A stretch of DNA of 32,000 bases, taken from the NCBI RefSeq assembly GCF_000012545.1, contig NC_007681.1, positions 1,110,001 to 1,142,000 of the forward strand. Direction: 5' to 3'. The position numbers were made by a program, and so were the translations under genes. Under the pieces are notes generated by a model that was given only the letters and a program-made list of their open reading frames with translations, did no database searches and was not told where the DNA came from. This document shows, in pieces, positions 26,783-32,000 of the stretch. Positions within the stretch are counted from its first letter, which is position 1, and every line of letters begins with the position of its first letter. This DNA is from Methanosphaera stadtmanae DSM 3091. Lineage in GTDB: Archaea > Methanobacteriota > Methanobacteria > Methanobacteriales > Methanobacteriaceae.

Positions 26783-27559
26783 TTATTTTGCATCTCTATA
26801 CATATGTGCAAATTTAGGATCATATAATTTAGATTGTTCTCCACTTTGTTGATCTAAAACATCACCAACAACAATCATAGCTGTTTTTGTAAATCCAGCA
26901 TCATGCACCTTCTTAGCAATATTTGATAAATCTCCCCTTACAATCTCTTGATCTGGCCATGTTGCTTTTTTAACTACTGCTACTGGAGTATGTACATCAT
27001 ATTCTTTTAATAATTCTTCAACAACTTCTTCTATCATATGTATTCCAAGGAATATACACATTGTTGCATTGTGTTTTGCAAGTTTACATAATGCTTCTTC
27101 TGAAGGTTTTGGTGTTCTTCCTTCAGGTCTTGTTATGATTATTGTTTGAGATACTTCAGGTAGTGTTAGTTGTGATTCAAGTGCAGCTGCTGTTCCAAAT
27201 AAACTACTTACACCAGGAATTATAGTATAACCAATATCTAATGCTTTTAATTGATTTATTTGTTCTGCTATTGCCCCATATATTGAAGGGTCTCCTGTAT
27301 GAACTCTTGCTGTTATTTTATTTTCTGAATGTGCTTTTTTAATAACATCAATAATTTCATCTAAATCCATTTCTGCACTATCATATATTTTTGCATCATC
27401 TTTTGCTATGTTAAGTACTGCTGGATTAACTAATGAACCTGCATATATTATTACATCAGAATTTTTAATTGCTTCTGCTCCTTTAACTGTTATAAGATCA
27501 GGATCTCCCGGACCTGCTCCTATAAATATTACTTTTCCTTTATAATCTTCAAAATTCAT
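26783..27559 (-). CDS. cbiF: Precorrin-4 / cobalt-precorrin-4 C11-methyltransferase
   Basis: VIFIGAGPGDPDLITVKG...SDVIIYAGSLV...VHTGDPSIYGA...IPGVSS is the tetrapyrrole methylase fold with CbiF/CobM-specific motifs. 258 aa. Confidence 0.88.
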   Translation of the reverse strand: MNFEDYKGKVIFIGAGPGDPDLITVKGAEAIKNSDVIIYAGSLVNPAVLNIAKDDAKIYDSAEMDLDEIIDVIKKAHSENKITARVHTGDPSIYGAIAEQINQLKALDIGYTIIPGVSSLFGTAAALESQLTLPEVSQTIIITRPEGRTPKPSEEALCKLAKHNATMCIFLGIHMIEEVVEELLKEYDVHTPVAVVKKATWPDQEIVRGDLSNIAKKVHDAGFTKTAMIVVGDVLDQQSGEQSKLYDPKFAHMYRDAK

Positions 27560-27662
27560 ATTTTACAACGTCCTCTAAAATAATTTTTTTTTAAGATATA
27601 GTATTTATTTTTAAATTCATTTATAATATAATTTAGTTTAATTGTAATTTATTTATCCTAAA

Positions 27663-28523
27663 TTATTTTTTAAATCTATTTACTGTATCTGAAAATAGTC
27701 CAAAGAATAATAAAAATAAACCCATTACCACTATGAAATAGCCAATTGCTGAAATATAAATATTATTAGTAAATAAAGATGCTTTTACTGTTAAAATAAT
27801 TAGTATTCCTAAAAATAAAACAATAGATCCACTAATTCCATAGAAATATAATGGTCTGTTAAAACGCATAAGTTCAAGTATTCTCATTAACACACTAAAG
27901 CCCTGAACTATTGGATTGTCTGTTGTAGTATTTACATCATATCTTACTGTTATCTCAACTTCAACTATACGTAATTTATTAACTGATGCTTCTATTAACA
28001 TGTCACTTTCAATTCCAAACCCATTAGGATCAAAATTAAAGTATTCTATAGATTTTGATGAAAATGCTCTAAATCCACTTTGTGTATCTGTTAGCTTCAC
28101 ACCAGATGCAAGATATGTTGCATTATCAAGAACTGTTTGACCAACACGCCTATATGTGGGTGTGGTTGTGTCTTTTCCTGCAATATACCTACTACCATTT
28201 ACTATATCAGCCCTATCCTCCATGATAGGTTTTATTACATCAGGTATTTCTGATGGATTATGTTGACCATCTGCATCTATTGTAACTATTATATCATAGT
28301 CTTGTGCATATTTAAAACCAGTTTTTAAAGCAGCACCTTTACCTTTATTTGTAGTATGAGATAATACTGTAGCTCCAGCTAATCTAGATACTTCTGAGGT
28401 TCTATCTGAACTTCCATCATCAATAACAATAACTTCATCTGCATATTGTAATGATAATAAAACCATACTTGCTATAGATACTTCTTCATTATATGCGGGT
28501 AATAAGACTGCTACTTTACTCAT
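27663..28523 (-). CDS. GT2 polyprenyl-phosphate glycosyltransferase (DPM1/GtrB-like) with 2 C-terminal TM helices
   Basis: VLLPAYNEE, VIVIDDGSSDRT, TIDADGQH (DxD region), NGSRY. Two hydrophobic helices at the C-terminus as in GtrB-type enzymes. RBS GGAG. Confidence 0.85.
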   Translation of the reverse strand: MSKVAVLLPAYNEEVSIASMVLLSLQYADEVIVIDDGSSDRTSEVSRLAGATVLSHTTNKGKGAALKTGFKYAQDYDIIVTIDADGQHNPSEIPDVIKPIMEDRADIVNGSRYIAGKDTTTPTYRRVGQTVLDNATYLASGVKLTDTQSGFRAFSSKSIEYFNFDPNGFGIESDMLIEASVNKLRIVEVEITVRYDVNTTTDNPIVQGFSVLMRILELMRFNRPLYFYGISGSIVLFLGILIILTVKASLFTNNIYISAIGYFIVVMGLFLLFFGLFSDTVNRFKK

Positions 28524-28752
28524 TAAGTGTACAACTCCAATAAAAAAATAACAAATTAAATATTTTGAATTTGTTGATATTAATAGTATATCTATATTTT
28601 TAGAATATTATATTTTAAGGATATTAATGAAAAATAATAATAGTACTAATTATTGTGTGATTTTTTATTTATTATTTATGAAATCATATAAACTATAAAA
28701 AATATATTAATATTAAAAGAATATTAAAACTTTTTAAATAAGAGATGTAACT

Positions 28753-29985
28753 ATGAAATGGCAAGATAAAAATGTATTAATTACGGGAATAAGTGGATTT
28801 GTTGGTGCATATTTAGCAGAAAGACTTATAAAAGAAGGAAGTAATGTTTATGGATTAGTTAGAAGAAGAACTGATGGATCCATTCCTACTAATATTAAAA
28901 ACCATGGAATTGAAAATGATTTTACCCAGATAACTGGTGATTTAACAGATATTAGTTCTGTTGCCAATGCTATTGATAAATCAGAACCAGATTATATCTT
29001 TCATTTAGCAGCACAATCCTTTGTACCACAATCATTTGATAATCCTACAGACACTGAACAAAATAATTCACAAGGAACTAATAATTTACTTGAAGCAATG
29101 CGAATAAAAGATTGTGATGCACGTATGGTATTTGCTGGTTCAAGTGAAGAATATGGTCTTGTAATCTCCTCAAAAGATCAATATAATGCTGCACTTAAAC
29201 AATATGGTTCCATATTTCCAGATATTAAAGAAGGAATTACACATGAATTACCAATATCTGAAACAAATCCTCTACGTCCAATGAGTCCTTATGCTGTTTC
29301 AAAAGTTTATGGTGATTTCTTAACAAGAAATTATTATCATTCATATGGATTAGATACTGTTGTATCAAGAGCATTTAATCATGAAGGTGCTGGTCGTGGA
29401 AAAATGTTTGTAACAAGTGTAGTTACAAATCAAGTAATACAACTAAAATTAGGCCTAACTGATAAAATAACAATAGGAAATGTTAATGCATTTAGAGACT
29501 GGACACATATTGAAGATATTATAAATGGATACCTTCTTCTTGCAAAAAAAGGTAATAGTGGGGATGTATACAATCAAGGTTCCATGAGAACAAATTCAAT
29601 ACTAAGTTATATTCTACTAAGTATTGAACAAATCGGTCAAAAAATAGAATCCATAAGTACATTAAATGGAGATAAAGTTATAACTAATCCAACAGAACTT
29701 AACTCTGACAAGTATTATGGAGTTTCATTTGATAAAACAAAAGTAGATTCAATGATACTAGATGATGAAATTGAATATACAATAGAAGATAAGGGAATAA
29801 ATGTAAAAACTGATACAGATAATATTAAAATTGAATTCAATCCTGCAAGATTTAGACCAGCAGAAGTACCTATATTATTCTCAAATACAGCTAAAATACA
29901 AAAGTTAGGTGCTAAAACTGAACATTCAGTATCTGATATTATAAAAGATCAATTAAACTACTTTATAAAAGAAGAAAATAGATAA
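28753..29985 (+). CDS. Extended-SDR NAD-dependent sugar-nucleotide dehydratase/epimerase (GDP-mannose 4,6-dehydratase/reductase-like) with two insertions
   Basis: VLITGISGFVGAYLAERL (GxxGxxG), HLAAQSFV, GSSEEYG, SPYAVSK (YxxxK), RAFNHEG, RDWTHIED. 410 aa, longer than usual. Confidence 0.8.
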   Translation: MKWQDKNVLITGISGFVGAYLAERLIKEGSNVYGLVRRRTDGSIPTNIKNHGIENDFTQITGDLTDISSVANAIDKSEPDYIFHLAAQSFVPQSFDNPTDTEQNNSQGTNNLLEAMRIKDCDARMVFAGSSEEYGLVISSKDQYNAALKQYGSIFPDIKEGITHELPISETNPLRPMSPYAVSKVYGDFLTRNYYHSYGLDTVVSRAFNHEGAGRGKMFVTSVVTNQVIQLKLGLTDKITIGNVNAFRDWTHIEDIINGYLLLAKKGNSGDVYNQGSMRTNSILSYILLSIEQIGQKIESISTLNGDKVITNPTELNSDKYYGVSFDKTKVDSMILDDEIEYTIEDKGINVKTDTDNIKIEFNPARFRPAEVPILFSNTAKIQKLGAKTEHSVSDIIKDQLNYFIKEENR

Positions 29986-30026
29986 AATATTTTCTTTCAT
30001 ACACACTTTTTTTGGGAGAGATATAT

Positions 30027-31163
30027 ATGAACATATGTATAGTTACTGAATATTTTCCACATAGTGAAAATCTTGAAATAAAAGGAGGAGTTGAAGTCTG
30101 TGCATTTAATGAAGCACAACAATTATCAAAATATAATAACATAACAGTACTAACATCAAATGATGAAAACAATACTGATGATTTTTATATAGATAATATT
30201 CATGTAATTTGTTGTGGAAATAAAAGAAACTATACACAAAAGGGTTCATTTACTAAAAGATTACTTTTTATGAAGGATGCATATGCTGTTGGATGTAATC
30301 TTAAAGACATGGATTTAATTATTGGATATAACTTTATAACATATCCTGTTGCATGGAAAATATCACAAAAACTAGATATACCTATAGTTGCAAGGTATCA
30401 TGATGTTTGGATTGGAAGATGGATTGATACTATGGGTGTAAGTGGTATTTTTGGAGAAGCTCTTGAGAGATATTTCCTAAAACAAGATATTGATTTAATA
30501 TTACCAGTTAGTGATTATACAAAAAATAATCTATTACCTTATTTTCCAGGGGAAAGAATTAAAACAGTTCATAATATTGTAGATTTCCCCTCTGTAACAT
30601 CAAAACCATATACTAATCCAACAATAGCATGTGTTGCTAGACTTGTTGAATATAAACGTGTTGAAGACTTAATTAGAGCAATTTCCATAATAAAAGACAG
30701 TATTCCTAAAATACAATGTAAGATTATTGGTACAGGACCACTTGAGAGTCAATTAAAACAATTAAGCAAGGAATTAGATTTAGATGATAATATTGAATTT
30801 TTGGGTTTTGTTGAAAAACATGAGGATGTTATGAAGGTTGTTAATTCCTCTAAAATATTCTGTCTTCCTAGTGTTGTTGAAGGATTTGGTATTGTTATTA
30901 TTGAAGCTTTATCTCTTAAAACACCATTTGTTGCCGCTGAGATTCCACCTGTTGTTGAAGCAAGTGGCAGGAAAGGTGGTCTATTTTATGAGCCTAAAAA
31001 TTATAAACAGTTGGCTAAGTCATTACTTAAATTATTAACTGATGATAAATTATATTCTCAATTACAAAAAGAAGGTTACATACAATCTAAAAATTATACA
31101 AAAGAAGCAATTGGTAGTAGATTAAATGATATTTTTAACAACATTGAAGAGAAAAAAAAGTAA
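30027..31163 (+). CDS. GT4 (group 1) glycosyltransferase
   Basis: C-terminal LPSVVEGFGIVIIEALSLKTPFVA contains the E-x7-E motif. The N-terminal MNICIVTEYFP...GG is typical of GT4. The ORF-track start at 30012 is TTG. The ATG at 30027 has GGGAGAG 6 nt upstream. Confidence 0.85.
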   Translation: MNICIVTEYFPHSENLEIKGGVEVCAFNEAQQLSKYNNITVLTSNDENNTDDFYIDNIHVICCGNKRNYTQKGSFTKRLLFMKDAYAVGCNLKDMDLIIGYNFITYPVAWKISQKLDIPIVARYHDVWIGRWIDTMGVSGIFGEALERYFLKQDIDLILPVSDYTKNNLLPYFPGERIKTVHNIVDFPSVTSKPYTNPTIACVARLVEYKRVEDLIRAISIIKDSIPKIQCKIIGTGPLESQLKQLSKELDLDDNIEFLGFVEKHEDVMKVVNSSKIFCLPSVVEGFGIVIIEALSLKTPFVAAEIPPVVEASGRKGGLFYEPKNYKQLAKSLLKLLTDDKLYSQLQKEGYIQSKNYTKEAIGSRLNDIFNNIEEKKK

Positions 31164-31181
31164 TCTCTTCTTTTTGTGTTT

Positions 31182-32000
31182 TTATTTATATAATCCCCTT
31201 AATAAATCTATTTCTTCTTTATAACCTTCAACATCATTTGGTGTTTCTAAATAGAATGGTAAATCACGTAATTTTTTATGATTAATAATTTCTGTTATTG
31301 CATCTATTCCTATCTTACCCATACCTATTTTTTCATGCCTATCCTTATGACTATTTAAACCATATTTACTATCGTTTAAATGAATAGCTTTAAGTCTATC
31401 AAGTCCAATTATTGAATCAAATTCATCAATAACACCATCAAGGTCGTTTACTATATCATATCCACCATCATATATATGGCAAGTATCTATACAAACACCA
31501 ACTTTCTCATCCATATCTATTTTTTCAATAATTGATTCTAATTCTTCAAAAGTTCTCCCAATTTCAGTTCCTTTACCTGCCATAGTCTCAAGAAGGATAG
31601 TTGTTTTCATATCTTCCCTTATTAACTTATTTAATGAATCACTAATTAATTCAATTCCCTTTTCAACTCCTTGTTGAACATGACTTCCTGGATGAAAATT
31701 ATACATATTATTAGGTAGATTATCAAGTCGTTTTAAATCATCCTCAAATATTTCATATGCATTATTTCTTGTCTTCTCAGATTTAGAAGCTAAATTTATT
31801 ATATAAGGTGCATGAGCCAAAATCACATCCATAGTAGTATTATCCATTAACTCTTGAAGACCATCCACATCTGCTTGATTTAAAGGTTTTGCTTTTCCAC
31901 CACGTGGACTTCTTGGGAAAAATTGTGCAGTGTTAGCATCTATACTTAATGCTTCAAGACCTAAATTTTCAAATCCTTTACTAATTGATAAATGAGCTCC
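31182..32000 (-). CDS. nfo: Endonuclease IV (AP endonuclease), N-terminus beyond the right window edge
   Basis: Motifs [47 protein letters not shown]. The ORF-track 'M' at 31868 is a GTG. The frame stays open to 32000 ([45 protein letters not shown]), which is the normal Nfo N-terminal region. Confidence 0.9.
   Translation of the reverse strand, partial: GAHLSISKGFENLGLEALSIDANTAQFFPRSPRGGKAKPLNQADVDGLQELMDNTTMDVILAHAPYIINLASKSEKTRNNAYEIFEDDLKRLDNLPNNMYNFHPGSHVQQGVEKGIELISDSLNKLIREDMKTTILLETMAGKGTEIGRTFEELESIIEKIDMDEKVGVCIDTCHIYDGGYDIVNDLDGVIDEFDSIIGLDRLKAIHLNDSKYGLNSHKDRHEKIGMGKIGIDAITEIINHKKLRDLPFYLETPNDVEGYKEEIDLLRGLYK

Noticed and set aside
336-31868. ORF-track start codons at 1415, 2306, 2436, 30012 and 31868 taken as true N-termini.
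   Set aside because: Inspection shows these are GTG or TTG codons. In-frame ATGs with better RBS spacing lie at 1406, 2297, 2448 and 30027. For nfo the frame continues open to the window edge. Coordinates were adjusted accordingly.
1-32000. CRISPR arrays, tRNA/rRNA genes, IS elements, integrases or prophage boundaries.
   Set aside because: I found no regularly spaced direct repeats outside coding repeats. There is no GC-rich structured-RNA-like segment of tRNA/rRNA length. I found no transposase/integrase/recombinase motifs in any frame examined. The accessory-looking regions are not bounded by recognisable att-like repeats. An exhaustive repeat search was not possible by eye.

Overview
Very AT-rich chromosomal segment. 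It looks like a methanogenic archaeon of the Methanobacteriales, and Methanosphaera is my best guess. That guess is an inference from gene content: coenzyme-M gene comB, a short archaeal-type purA, cbiF, a cbiM-like gene, giant Asn/Thr-rich secreted proteins, archaeal TATA boxes and oligo-T terminators. I support 28 protein-coding genes, two of them cut by the window edges. I found no rRNA, tRNA, CRISPR array, transposase or integrase. Two giant secreted 'adhesin-like' beta-helix/Ig-repeat proteins (12558-15749 and 17361-21296) dominate the window. Housekeeping genes are comB, tatD, purA, cbiF, nfo, an MscS channel and a GNAT. The right end (27663-31163) is a glycan-synthesis cluster of GT2, extended SDR and GT4. 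Candidates for undescribed biology, best first: (1) a TetR plus Cys-rich DUF116-like two-gene module whose promoter carries two near-identical CTAAC-N4-GTTAG palindromes around the TATA box; (2) an 848-aa 'U32 peptidase' with an exact CX6CX15CX3C cysteine motif, which suggests an Fe-S enzyme rather than a protease; (3) a comB-tatD operon that continues into a zinc-ribbon/HExxH protein and ends stop-to-stop against a 450-aa zinc-ribbon protein of unknown function; (4) an NADP-type secondary-alcohol dehydrogenase in a methanogen; (5) an exact 807-nt in-phase tandem duplication inside the second adhesin gene. All family calls rest on motifs I recognise by eye and from memory. No database search or numeric computation was run.
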